Part shown: in pieces, positions 10,705 through 22,677 of the stretch
How positions within the stretch are numbered: the stretch's first letter is position 1
Layout: every line of letters begins with the position of its first letter
DNA from: Leucoraja ocellata
Lineage: Eukaryota
Length of the DNA stretch: 64,000 bases
Direction: 5' to 3'
Assembly (NCBI GenBank): GCA_036785375.1
Contig: JAWMAR010000151.1
Coordinates: 1,426,001 to 1,490,000, forward strand
Notes under the pieces: model-generated
Told to the model about the DNA's origin: nothing
The model's input: only the letters and a program-made list of their open reading frames with translations
Databases searched by the model: none
Made by a program: the position numbers and the translations under genes

Positions 10705-10929
10705 AGAAACATAGAAACATTATAAAAAAAGTAGGTGCTGAAGCAGACCATTCAGCCCTTCGAGCCAGCACCGCCATTCAGTATGATCATGGCTGTTCAT
10801 CAGTACCCCGTTCTTGCTTTTTCCCCCATATCCCTTGATTCCTTTAGCCTAAAGAGCTAAATCTAACTCTCTCTCTTGAAAACGTCCAGTGAATTGGCCT
10901 CCACTGCCTTCTTTGGCAGAGAATTCCAT
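10705..10929 (-). mobile_element. CR1 LINE 3' end, 5' truncated
   Basis: Close match to 8366-8590, including the tagaaaca tail. Confidence 0.85.
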
Positions 10930-11084
10930 AGCTCGGGCTCGGGTTGGTGCCCGTTTCACACACAGAATATTCCATGAGCTTCGAGTGACGTCCAGGGGAG
11001 GGCCACACTTCCAGAACATTTTTTTAATGACTGGCTGATAGTCTAAATATCATATAAAAGAAAGGACGTGAAGGCTTTGGAGAG

Positions 11085-11425
11085 GTCATAGGAAAGTACC
11101 AGAAAAATGTCAGTGTTGAGAGATTAATTAAGAGACTGAAAAAATGGAGGTTATTTTCTTTAGAGCGGTGAAGGCACAAAAGAGATTTCATGAAAATGTT
11201 CAAAGTCAGGAAGGATTTAAAGAAAATAAACTGTTTCTGATGGCTAATGGGCTGATAACTAGGAACATGCATTTCTGATCGGCATAAGAACTGGCACAAT
11301 CATGAAAAAAAATCTAGTTTTTGATGCAACAAGTGGTTATAATTTGGAAGGCATTTGGATGACCTTGTCTCTTGAGTGATTGAAATCAATTTAATAGTAG
11401 CTTTAAAGGAAAATTAGATAAATAT
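11085..11425 (+). mobile_element. Highly degraded CR1 LINE 3' fragment
   Basis: Decayed segments of the CR1 ORF2 end (ttttctttagagcggtgaagg..., caacaagtggttataatttggaa). Confidence 0.55.
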
Positions 11426-12121
11426 GTGATGATTTTTTTTTTACATGTTATGTAGTCCATAAACATTCAAAGATGATGGTAATTATATTCTTAAATCAAT
11501 GTGTTTTAACTGAGCCATAGACTGGATTATGTAAATGCCAGAGGTTCCATAGCATCAGGCAATTATCAAATGTGCAAATATGTACCACTGACCCTGGTGA
11601 AACTTGGTCAATATGCACCCTACAGCAAGATCTTTGGGTGCAATAAAATATTTCTGTCTCTCCTCTGGTTCTGGACCCAGTATGAAAATCCCAAGAATTT
11701 TAATATTCTTTGGGAAAAAAAATCCTGATTCACCTTGAATCATCTGAGAATTTGTCAAAGAAGATGTGACAACTTGTTACATGTGGAAAATGAATTAAAA
11801 AACGCTCAGGGTTGCCACAACAATCAGGCTATGGTTCATATTCCAGTTCTAAATGATCATGAGCATTAGTTTAGCATCTGCCCATGTGGCCTCATCCAAT
11901 ACTATTGAATGACCTCGGCTGCCAACTCAACCAACTTCTCAAAGTAGCAATAAACAAGAAGGAGATTAAGCAAAATTGCAGTCCCAAATCAGCCGTATGC
12001 AACCCACTTCATCTGCATTTTGTAAATACTCAACCATAACTTCTGCTCTAAATCAATTTCAGTGTAATTTTCTTCCTGTCATCTGGTTTCCATTTTTGAA
12101 GAGAGTTTCCAGTGGGACATT

Positions 12122-12201
12122 TCTCGACCCGAAACGTCACCCATTCCTTCTCTCCAGAGGTGCTGCCTGACCCGCTGAGTAACTCCAGCTTTTTGTGTCT
12201 T
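12122..12201 (+). mobile_element. Short PLE pLTR-derived insert, 5' truncated inside the hammerhead motif
   Basis: tctcgacccGAAACGTCacccattccttctctccagaggtgctgcctgacccgctgagtaactccagc. Confidence 0.75.
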
Positions 12202-12745
12202 TCTTCACTTAACTGTTAGAATTTAACATGTTAGCTGGAGTAAAACGTTTAATATCTTTGTATGTGGGGGAAAGCTGGATTATTGCATGCAAAAAGACTC
12301 TTGAGAATTTGTTGATAAAACGTTTGTATGGAGCTTGAAAACAGGTATTGACTAGTCGGACCGCAGGTCTGTTTGCGTGGTGTGAACAATTGATAAACTC
12401 GAAAATGCTTACAATAGTAATAAACCTGCACTCATGTAGCCCATTGGTGTTGTAAAAGTGATAGAAGTGGTTCACAAGAGATTGAATATGATGTAATATG
12501 AAACGGTTAACTGACCAAAAGCCTAGGCAAATAAGTAGGTTTTATATTATGGTTTGCTCAGCAGTGCCTCCAGCTTGAATGGTATTGCTTTATATATTGT
12601 GTGCATCTGTGGTTAGAGGTGGATAGTCGTTTGGGTTTTCTGTGTTTGATTTGCATGTCCTGTGCTTTTAAAGCCTAGCACATTGCATAATTATGTATGT
12701 TACCTCTATTTTCAGTTATAAATGCAGAGTTTTCAATCCCCACAG

Positions 12746-12856
12746 GCTATTATAAAAGAAGGACTTCTAATGAAACAGACAAGTTCATTTCAGCGATGGA
12801 AGAGAAGATACTTTAAGCTCCGCGGACGGATACTGTACTATGCAAAGAATTCCAAG
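12746..12856 (+). CDS. DGKD: DGKD coding exon (exon 2 equivalent), PH domain start: [37 protein letters not shown]
   Basis: Acceptor ccccacag|GCT, donor AAG|gtaaga; 111 nt, phase 0-0. Confidence 0.95.
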
Positions 12857-13019
12857 GTAAGAATAAATGCTAAATTTTCATTTACGGTTTTATAGCAGCA
12901 GATGTGACATTATCCTATCCGAACTTTCCATGGTGTAGTTGACTGTGCGACACGGTTTCCCAAATAGTTTTTTTATTTTACACCATCTGTGATCTTTATG
13001 CCAAAATGTAAATGCTGGG

Positions 13020-13480
13020 ATCCCTGGGATGGCGTGACTGTCATATGAGGAAAGATTGAAAAGACTAGGGTTGTATTCACTGGAGTTTAGAAGGATGAGG
13101 GGGAATCTTATAGAAACATATAAAATTATAAAAGGACTGGACAAGCTAGATGCAGGAAAAATGTTTCCAATGTTGGGCGAGTCCAGAACCAGGGGCCACA
13201 GTCTTAGAATAAAGGGGAGGCCATTTAAGACTGAGGTGAGAAAAAACGTTTTCACCCAGAGAGTTGTCAATTTGTGGAATTCCCTGCCACAGAGAGCAGT
13301 GGAGGCCACTGGATGGATTTAAGAGAGAGTTAGATAGAGCTCCAGAGGTTAGTGGAATCAAGGAATACGGGGCGAAGGCAGGCACGGGTTATTGATTGGG
13401 GACGATCAGCCATGATCGCAGTGAATGGCGATGCTGGCTCGAAGGGCTGAATGGCTTCCTCCTGCACCTTTTTTTCTATG
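13020..13480 (+). mobile_element. CR1 LINE 3' end, 5' truncated
   Basis: ORF 13056..13322 reads RLGLYSLEFRRMRGNLIETYKIIKGLD...FTQRVVNLWNSLPQ; tail resumes at 13671-13690 after an insert. Confidence 0.9.
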
Positions 13481-13672
13481 TTACACAAAAATGCTGGAGA
13501 AACTCAGGGGTGCAGCAGCATCTATGGAGCGAAGGAAGTTGGCAACGTTTCAGGCTGAAACCCTTCTTCAGACTGATTTCCTTCGCTCCATAGATGCTGC
13601 TGCACCCGCTGAGTTTCTCCAGCATTATTGTGTACCTTCGATTTTCCAGCATCTGCAGTAGCTTCTTAAACA
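13480..13672. mobile_element. Fold-back PLE pLTR-derived insert in the CR1 tail
   Basis: About 13483-13537 is the near reverse complement of about 13577-13634; hammerhead-like motif on the - strand between the arms; CR1 tail (cacct...ttttctatgtt) imperfectly duplicated on both sides. Confidence 0.8.
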
Positions 13673-16346
13673 CCTATTTTCTATGTTTCTAATGAAAGTA
13701 GGTCAGACAAGGGTTTTGAGGACTATTTTGAAAGAAGTAAAGCAGTTAAAAATGTTTTGTTAAGTTTAGAGATACTTCGTTTCGAGTAGGTCAGGCTCAA
13801 ACCCAGGTCTCTGGCACAGTGAGGCAGCAGCTTTACCAGCTGTGCTACTGTGTTGCCTTTGGAAGGAATATTGGAAAGAATTCTAAATTGAATGGCCTTT
13901 TCATTGGAAACATAATCATCAGTGATGAGGAAAATGGAATTGAATGAGTCAAAGGGATGGCAAGAGGAAGAGTTAATGTTTTTAAGATCTTTATACATGA
14001 TGGTGAGAATTTTATGTTGATATTGTTGAAAGACCTATACCTAATAGGATCAACAAACAATTGGACAGAATTGTGGACAGAATTGTGGACAGAAAGTTTT
14101 GGTTTTGTTGGTTTACAGAAAACATAGATGTAGAATGGGATCCAAATCTATTACTTTCTTAGAATTTAAAACTGAATGTGATTTTTTTTTTAACAAATTG
14201 TCAAAAGAAATGAATATTCCCTTTTGTGTGTTTTTTTAATAACCCGCTGTATTTATGGCCAGATGATGGGGAAGTTAATTAACAAAGGGAAAATATAAGA
14301 TCAAGGTCTTGGAATACCGGGTAAATTTAAAAGAAGAACCAATTTAGGTTTTTTCTTAAATTTCCTGCCTTTCCACTAATTGAGATGAAAAGCTACAAAG
14401 TTGAGAAAGCGGGCAGAACGCTATATTGAAATGCCTTTGAGAACATCCTTGGTACTGGGGAAGGTACAAGTGTTTAGGCTATATGGAGGGGAAAAAAGAG
14501 GTAATATTTAAGCAAAATGATAATGCTTGTTGGGAATAGGCAAAGATACGTGTTTTGGGAGGGAATCAAGTGAGTAGTAAGGATTTGTCAGGAGTGAGTA
14601 GGCATTTGGTGATGTTGAAAGGCTTTTATCAACAGAGAAAAATGGATGACGTTCTTAAAAGCCTTGGGATAATCATTCCTGCTTCTAATTCACATGGACT
14701 GAAGTAAAAGTCTAATCTTATTGAACCATCAAAACCTTTTAAGTTCATGTTTTTCAGAGAAACAGATATGGCAAGAATTAAATTTATATTAGGATCCAAA
14801 TTGCACCCAGCACTTTAACCCCTCTCATAAAAATGAGTACGGTTGAGTTAAAGGCCCAGTATTAACTATCCTGCTGTCAAGGGATGGTTAATATTGAGGC
14901 CAACATCTTAAGCTTTGCTCATCACATTTATTTGTGGTTATAGTCCATCTGTTTACTATATTTGTGCTGTTTTTAAATACATTCCCCAATCTTTTGTGAG
15001 TTTTTTCCCCCTCATCTTGCAAAAGTTATTGACTATTTATGGAATAAAACGGGAAACGATGGAAATGTTCAGCGTTAGATGACATTTGTGAAGAGAGAAA
15101 CAGATTCAATATTTCCCGTCACTGATAAGTTGATGCGTATTGCCAAAGTATATTTGATTTCACTTTTTCAATTTCTTGGGTATTTTGCTTTGGGATTCTT
15201 GGTGGAGTCTTGTCAAGAGCCAGGTTTTGACAAGGAGATACTGTTGAAGGCATTAAAATACGGTTCAAGGCATTGGAAGGCATGAAATAATGTACAGGTC
15301 CTGATCATGCTCCCACCCTAAACACGGTACTTTCCATGAATTATCACTAGTTAGCAGTCTTAAGGATGCCGAGACCATTTGTAATGAGTTTTAATTTCTA
15401 GTAGTTTCATTAAAGCCAAAAAGCACACAAACTAGAAGATAATAATTTGATCTTGTATCGCTGATGGCCACTATTCCTGAAAGCCTGCTTTCTCCTTTTC
15501 CTCCTTCATGTGTGTTATTTTAATTGGCCTCTTCTTGGCATGCTTGGTTAGGGTTTAGCTGCAGTTCAATTCTCAAACTCTATAATCAATGTACAAAGTA
15601 TTATAATTTTGTGAAAGCACATTACAAGTAGATTTCTTGGCTGAATGGTAGGAGCAGCTAACAAAACGGATTACTGCTCTAAACAAAATAAACTCACTCC
15701 ACTAGCATTGCTTCTCTCTCTCCTAATCCTAATATGGTATAGTGCACAGTACGTTTTAATTCTCTAATATAAACCAATTTGTAGCGTGTTCAATAGCCTT
15801 CTTATTATTACTAAGTGACAGATTTGTTCTGAGCCACTGGTTCTGAAATGGTAATTCTTGGAGCGAACAGATTGTCCACATTGCCGCTATAGTTTGCAGT
15901 CATGAGAAATGTTTAAGTATGACACACACACTGGAAAATTATTTTCTGACTGTTTAGTGCCATCTACAAATTCACACGGTATAAATTTAGATTTCCAGCT
16001 CCTCGGGCCAAAGGCCTCAATAATTTGGCAGCTATCTAAAGACAAACAAAAATGTAATGTGCTCAAGCAGGAAGTGGTTAGAGGCACAGTGCTCTAGCTC
16101 AAATTTTCTTATTATTCCCAATCCAACATGTAGCAGAATAGTTCTCTTAAAATAATAGTTGATACTATGATGATCTTTTGTTATATGAACATTATTATTT
16201 ATTGTTATATCCAAAGGAACATGATTCTCCTTTCTCCCTAGGAGTGAATTTATAAGATGATATTGTACATTAAGCTCTCCTAATTAGATCTCCTGAAATG
16301 GGACAGAACTGCTTCCCATTTCACTCATAAATCTTTATAATTATTT

Positions 16347-16642
16347 TAGTTTTAATTCATTGTAGAGATAGAGAAACAGGACCTTCAGCCCACCGAGTCC
16401 ATGCTGACCATTGATCACTCGTTCACTCTTAATTCTATGTTATCCCACTTTCTCATTCACTCTCTACACATTACAGGTAAGTTACAGAGGCCAAGTAACC
16501 TACAAACCCACACAACTTTCAGATGTAGGAGAATGACCTGGAGGAAAATTCCACAGCGGAAATTGCAAAATCCACATAGACAGCACCGAGGACAGGATCA
16601 ATCCTGGAACTCTGCAGCAGCTCTACTAGCTGTGTGCCGCCC
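16347..16642 (-). mobile_element. tRNA-derived SINE (HE1/V-SINE-like), diverged
   Basis: Same tail and core layout as 544-828. Confidence 0.75.
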
Positions 16643-16959
16643 TCAGTGGGCTGGAGTTGGGTTCTACCTTTCATTAATCTTACTGTATTTTATCTTTGGA
16701 TCATTGTACGTCTTAGTAATGTGACAAAAGATCAAATTTCCTCTCTCACCTCTCCAAAATAAGCCCCATCACTCTATTCCCACCCCATAGTGAAGAAGAA
16801 AATAAAAAGGAGTTTATCACTTTGAAAATCGATAAATAACTGGGGATAGATTACATTCAATGCTGTCAGAAGAAGTGAGAAAATTGCAGAACGTTGACTA
16901 CAGTTTTAATTCCTCCCTGGCATAAAAGAGTAATGCCAGAGAATTGGCGGACTCACAAT

Positions 16960-18380
16960 TTTGTACATTTTTAGAAAAGGGAAAAAGGGATTAAATTAAT
17001 TACAGGGCAGTTAAACATCATTTTTGGATAGAATTATTAGTTTTCATTTGGACCATATTAACCTTAATTTGGGTAGGTATATCTTAATGAAAGGCAGTCT
17101 TTATAGATTTGTAATGGGAATCGGACAAATGTGTTTGAATTCTTTGAGAAATGAACAAAGTTGACAAAAGCAGTGCATTCGATGCAGTCTGCATGACTTT
17201 TACAAGCTTTTTGACAAGGTCCCTCTAAAGTTAAACCCCATGGAAATGGCAGATTGGATCTAAATTTCTCAGTGACAAAAACTAACGGGTGATGGTTGAT
17301 GAGTGTTATTTTTGTGATTGAAAGACCTCAGTACTCAGCGATTTTATTTTTGTCAGATAGTTCAGCCCTAAACTTATACGGTTTGATAAAAAACTTAGCA
17401 GATGATGCAAAAATTGACCATGCGAGTGGAAAGCTTTACAGCAGGAAGGACATGATAGTCTGGTCAGTTAGAAAGAAAAGTGCCAGTTAATGCATTTGGG
17501 GAGGTGCAACAAAGCAAGGGAATATACAATAAATGGGATCATAAAGGATGTGAAGGAACAGAGCAACCATGTAGTATATATCCACAGATTATTACAGGTT
17601 GCAAGTAAACAGGTCAAAAGGTGATTAAAAAGGATATAGTATTATTTCCTTTTTTAGTCAAAGCACAAAATATAAGAGCAGGGAAAATTTCCTGGAGATA
17701 TATTCAGCCATCGTTAGGCTGCTCTGTTAAGCAGCTACTGCCCCATCTGTGGAAGGCTCAGCAACCCCCATATTATCCTCATTGAACATACAGAATCCAA
17801 GCGGAAGCAAGTCATCCTCAATCCTGTGCCTCTACAAATGTTGTGCTTTTATTAGCTCAGGATTAATCCCATCTGGACCTGGTGATTTACCTCTTAATTC
17901 TTTTTCATTTATTATCACAGTGGACAGGGCTGAGGGGGGGGGGGGTAGTTATACAATTATGGGCTTCTTTTAGAGATATTAGGTAACTTTTAGCTTGATA
18001 TAGTAGCTAATTCTACACGCATTTTTGGTCACCGTGTTAGAAGGAAAGAAGTGATTTCACAGGAGAAGGTACAGAGATGATCGTCGAGAATGCTGCCTGG
18101 ACTGAAATATAGCTATGAGGAAATAATAGATACGATAGTGTTTTGTTTTCTTTGCAACAGAGGGAGCTGAGGAAATGATTCATTGAAAATTATGAGGAAA
18201 CTACACAGACTGATTGAGAAGGACCTATTTCCCTTAACTGAAGAGTCAAAAGCCAAAAGGCACAGATTTAATGTAATAGACAGAGGTTTGGGGGGGGGGG
18301 AGTAGATTTATGGTTTTTTTATGATCCATTTAATGGATGGTATAGGTCTGAAACTCATTGCCTGAGAGGGTAGTAGAAGT
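16960..18380 (+). mobile_element. Old CR1 LINE ORF2 remnant (continues at about 19158-19305)
   Basis: Decayed RT motifs: aattacagggcagt (NYRPV), tttgacaaggtccc (FDKVP), gcagatgatgcaaaaatt (ADDTKI), and C-terminal segments. Confidence 0.7.
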
Positions 18381-19157
18381 AGAATGTGTATATGTTTTCG
18401 TATGTTTTCAGTTTATTTTTAGTTGTGTATATGTGTGTGGGGGGGGGGTGGGGGGGGGGGGGTTGCAGGGAATTTTTAAACTTTTTAATTTCTTCCTTGA
18501 ACTGAGACGCGACCTTTTCCTTGTCGTGTCTCCGTTTCGCTGGGGCCTAACATTGTGGAGCGGCCTCCAACCGGAATCGACCTGTGGGCTCCAGTCGCGG
18601 AGCCTGCGGACTCACTTACTCACCTACCGTCGAACTCACTCACCATCATGGAGCTGGCTGACTCGGAGGCTGTGGTGGCACGGCGGCTGCGACTCGACTG
18701 CAGAGCTTCGGAGGCTTCGGCCGCAGGCCCTGTGGATGGTAAAATCGGGAGCTCCAGGTCACTGGTGGGAGACTGATTTTCGGGAGCTCCCGCAACGGCA
18801 ACTTTACCTGTCCCGAATCGCGTGGTTTGAATCGGCCAGTCGCAGGGTCTTACATCGCCCAGCGCGGCTTAACCGGCCGCGGGACTTACCATCGCCCGCC
18901 GGGGGCTTTAACATCAAGAGCCTCAATCGCCTCGACGCGGGAGAAGAACAAAGAACAGGGAAGAGATAAGACTTTTGCCTTCCATCACAGTGAGGAGGTG
19001 TTTGGAGATTCACTGTGATGGATGTTTGTGTGAAACTGTGATAGTTGTGTGATATGTTTATTTTAATGTTGTGACTGCAGGGAACAACATTTCGTTCAAA
19101 CCTCTGTTTGTTTGAATGACAATAAAGGCAATTTGTATTGTAATTTGTATTGTATTG
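18380..19157 (+). mobile_element. CpG-rich non-autonomous retroelement inserted into the old CR1
   Basis: Abrupt GC/CpG-rich block interrupting CR1 sequence; ends gaatgacaataaa plus (ttgta)n; 13-bp hairpin 18981-18993/19010-19022. Confidence 0.65.
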
Positions 19158-19511
19158 TAGAAACCCTTGATGCTTTAGAACCGTGCTTGGATGTGAAGAG
19201 CAGGGCTATCGAGTAAGTACTGGGAGGTAGGATTAGGTTGGGTAGTTCTTTTTCAACAGACACAATGGGCCTCCTGTGACGTAACATTTTTATGATTCTA
19301 TGATTGATCACTGCGATGTAAGTTTCAGATAAGATCCTCCTATTGATCTCACTAATGGGAGTGTGGGGTCATCCCACACCATTAATCTCATTGCCAGTGG
19401 GTATGGGGCCAGTTTCACAGCTCGACTTTCTATGATGTATTTCCGTCTATTTGCTTGGTCTCTTACGTACAGCACTGTGCTTTCAATAAGTCTTGTATTT
19501 TTTCCTTCCAG

Positions 19512-19592
19512 TCCATCATATTTGATGAGGTCGATTTAACAGATGCCAGTGTTGCAGAATCCAGCACCAAAAATGTTAACAACAGTTTTACA
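19512..19592 (+). CDS. DGKD: DGKD coding exon (exon 3 equivalent), PH domain: [27 protein letters not shown]
   Basis: Acceptor ttccttccag|TCC, donor ACA|gtgagt; 81 nt, phase 0-0; visible within ORF 19455..19643. Confidence 0.96.
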
Positions 19593-22129
19593 GTGAGTAG
19601 CCCTGAATTGAATGATATTTATCAAGAATCTTGTCCTATCTAATAATGTAACTGATTAGATTTTTTGCTAATAATAAGTACAAGTGGGATTGCTGCTTAT
19701 CGAGGAGGTAGCTACAATAACTCCCATTTACATTGTGTTTTTAAGGAAGCAAGAATGTCCCAATGTACTTTTCATGCAACATTACAAAATTATATCATCA
19801 GCAGTTGTCATTTGTTTTAAGTGTAATGATTCCATTTGATTTTGCATCAACTGGGGATGTTCCATGCTACAGAGCAAACTGGTATTTACTGAGGACCTAT
19901 TATTATCCCAGGATTTCAATGCACAGAGGAGTATTTCTGAAGTACAGCCGCTGTTGTAACTTCAGAACTAGTCTAATTTGTATGTAAAAGATACCCCATA
20001 TGGGGATATAGATGAAGAATCAGTTAATTGTATGATGTTGGCCAAGGCATGTGTTGGCAAGAATTGCTGTTAATTAGGCCTGAATTATTTTCAGCTATAG
20101 ATTTTAACTCCCTTTCTTGCTTTTTTTAATCATCCTGATCTATTAATTCCATTGTATAATGGAGTATTAAGTGTAAGTCAAGAATTCTGAACATCTGGCG
20201 CATAATGTTACATCTTAAGAGTTTGAGAGACTGGAGAAATCAGATGTTGTGAATTTGTATATTAAGCACAAAATGATGCAGAAGTTGGGTGCTGTGTTAG
20301 GATACAAATGGCACTTCCAGGAATTAGGTGAAATGAGCTAACTTGTAGGGTCAAAAGTGTGCTGATGTCAGGTGAAGCAAACTATGATGTAGGAGCAAAG
20401 TGGTTGCAGAGGTTAGATACAGCTGGATATGGAGTCTAATATGTAGACATGCAGTGACCTCAGTTCCTTCTTACACAAAATGCAGTGGCAGAAGTTAGAT
20501 ATAATGAACAGAATTGTGTGGATAGATTACAGAGAAATGAAAGAGCAAGGTCAAAGAAGAATGTGTGTTTTTTAACTTTGATTTATTGGGCTGAGTTTGT
20601 AATTTTTGTTTTGGCATTAAAGAGTGAGATCAATCTTCCTATATCAAAAATATCTTTTTATTTAAAATAATAAAATGTACTGCTCCCAAGTCCAAGAACC
20701 AGCTTGCAGGCTCCTCACACAGTGCTAATCTGTTCCAGGAACATCAGGCATTAGTGGTGGAATTTCCTGTGTCAATAACTGCTACTCTCACAACTCTAAC
20801 CTTGGGCAATAATCCTGATACAATGACACTACAAAACCAGCACATTCATCCTGGTGAGTGTTGGCAAGGATTGAATGCGAGCTACAAGGATGGAAGGATG
20901 CGTGGCTGTGTTCTTCCTAGAAAATAGAAGGTCCTGCACAGGTAATGCAGCATAGTTGAGTCACAGGTCAGTCTCCTTGTACAAAGGGCATCATAATAAT
21001 AGAAACCCTCCAAAAATATAAATGTAAGGGAATGTGGGAACTCTGTGAAGACCAGCACTTGGGGAGGCCGGCACGGTAGGCAAATACAAAAGTTTTCAAA
21101 AATGGAGGGTCCCTTACCCTGTCCTATTTGTCACTTTTCAGCGAGCAGCAATGTGCTATGTGAGGCATATCTCGATAGATTCTACAATAATCCTGTTAAG
21201 ATTTCCAAGAGCAAAGGTAACGATGACAATGACTTTGAGACTATTTTCAGACACTTGCGTTTGTTTGCTATTTGAGGTTTATCGAGCAACCTAACACAAG
21301 TGCAAGTACTTCTCTCAGAGTCAAATTCAAGGTCGCCCTCGCTCTCAAAAAGCTTTCTTCAAGACCGCAAGTGATATATGAAATTTACGTGCTTAATTAT
21401 TCACGTTCTATTGCAGGTGTAGAGAATAGCTCTGCTGTCAAAGTGGATAAAGTTCAACAAATGCAACGTTTGCATTCACACCTGGAACACAACATTTGCA
21501 TTCTCACCATTCACAGAGGATACATGCCTTCTAGACATCTCCTTAGTAATCTTCTGCCATTTGTCCAATGTTTTTTTATTTACTCAATTCTCATCTGATG
21601 AATATGAAACAATTTCTTTTTTAAGGATTTCTTTTCACATTTCTGATTTTTTAGTTTTGAGGGAAAAGCTGCGATAACCACAGGAATGTGAGGACAGACA
21701 TTCTGTTGGGGTCAGTTTATTTACAGATTTTCAGGCAGAGAGCTGTACAGCACTCTGCCTCTTGCTGCTGATGGGATGTGTCTGACTTTTAAAAGCAAGC
21801 CTTCATTGTTATTAAATGCTGGATCTTTGGTAACTGAACAGTGTCATCTGTAGTTCAAACCAGCATGCTTGAAAATCTTGCCCAAAATTAATTTTGTATA
21901 CTGCAGTATCTGCCATAATTTGGACGGATTTAGCACCAGAAAGCTTACAGCAAAATGTGCTTCCTTTATTAATGACTAGAGCCAGGATTTTACCATAAAT
22001 GCAATGTGCCTTTTCATGCCTTTTTTGATGATTTTAGGAAGATTATGCCTTTTTCACAATTTATTTTGCCGTAACTTAACTTAACTTACAAGAACATTTA
22101 CACCACCGGGGCGAAACCCAGCTGTAAGT

Positions 22130-22677
22130 GGATGTAAGTGGTGATTGGAGAGGGGTGTGTGGGAAAGGGTCCAGTCTTTGCAGGCTGGAGTCATACTTTA
22201 ACTAGGTGTGAAGTGGTGATTGGGGAGGAGGAGTTGGGGAAGGGTCCAGTCTTTTCAAACTGGAGTCAAGCTGTGAGTAGAAGAAGGGTTTCGGCCCGAA
22301 ACGTCACCTATTTCCTTCGCTCCATAGATGCTGCTGCACCCGCTGAGTTTCTCCAGCATTTTTGTGTACCTTCAAGCTGTGAGTAGTTGTGAAGTGTTGG
22401 TTGGGGATGGGGTGTGGGGCTACCAGGGTTAAGTTGTTGTTTATCGAACATGCAGTAGAACTCGTTCAGGTCATTGGTCAGCTGACGATTGTCCAAGGAG
22501 CCAGGGTTTTTCCTCTTGTAGCTTGTGATTTCTTGCAAGCCCTTCCACACTGAAGAAGAGTCATTTGCTGAGAACTTGCTCCTCAACTTCTCAAAGTACC
22601 TTACCTCGGCAGCTCTCATTCCTCTTCTCAGCTTGTACTTGGCCTGCCTGTAGAGGTCTGCATTGCTGCTCCTGTAG
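22130..22677 (-). mobile_element. Rex1/Babar-like LINE internal fragment
   Basis: ORF 22308..22619 reads YFEKLRSKFSANDSSSVWKGLQEITSYK...LTNDLNEFYCMFD, the endonuclease-RT linker typical of fish Rex1/Babar elements. Confidence 0.75.
22281..22371 (+). mobile_element. Short PLE pLTR-derived insert
   Basis: 15-bp TSD tcaagctgtgagtag at 22266-22280 and 22372-22386; nearly identical to 2181-2267. Confidence 0.9.

Noticed and set aside
14061-14093. 12-bp tandem repeat (tgtggacagaat-like, under 3 copies)
   Set aside because: Too short to be more than an ordinary slippage duplication.
18358-18969. 203-aa ORF as a nested gene
   Set aside because: It starts at TTG in CR1 debris, crosses poly-G runs, has no recognisable domain, and high GC content makes long open frames likely by chance.
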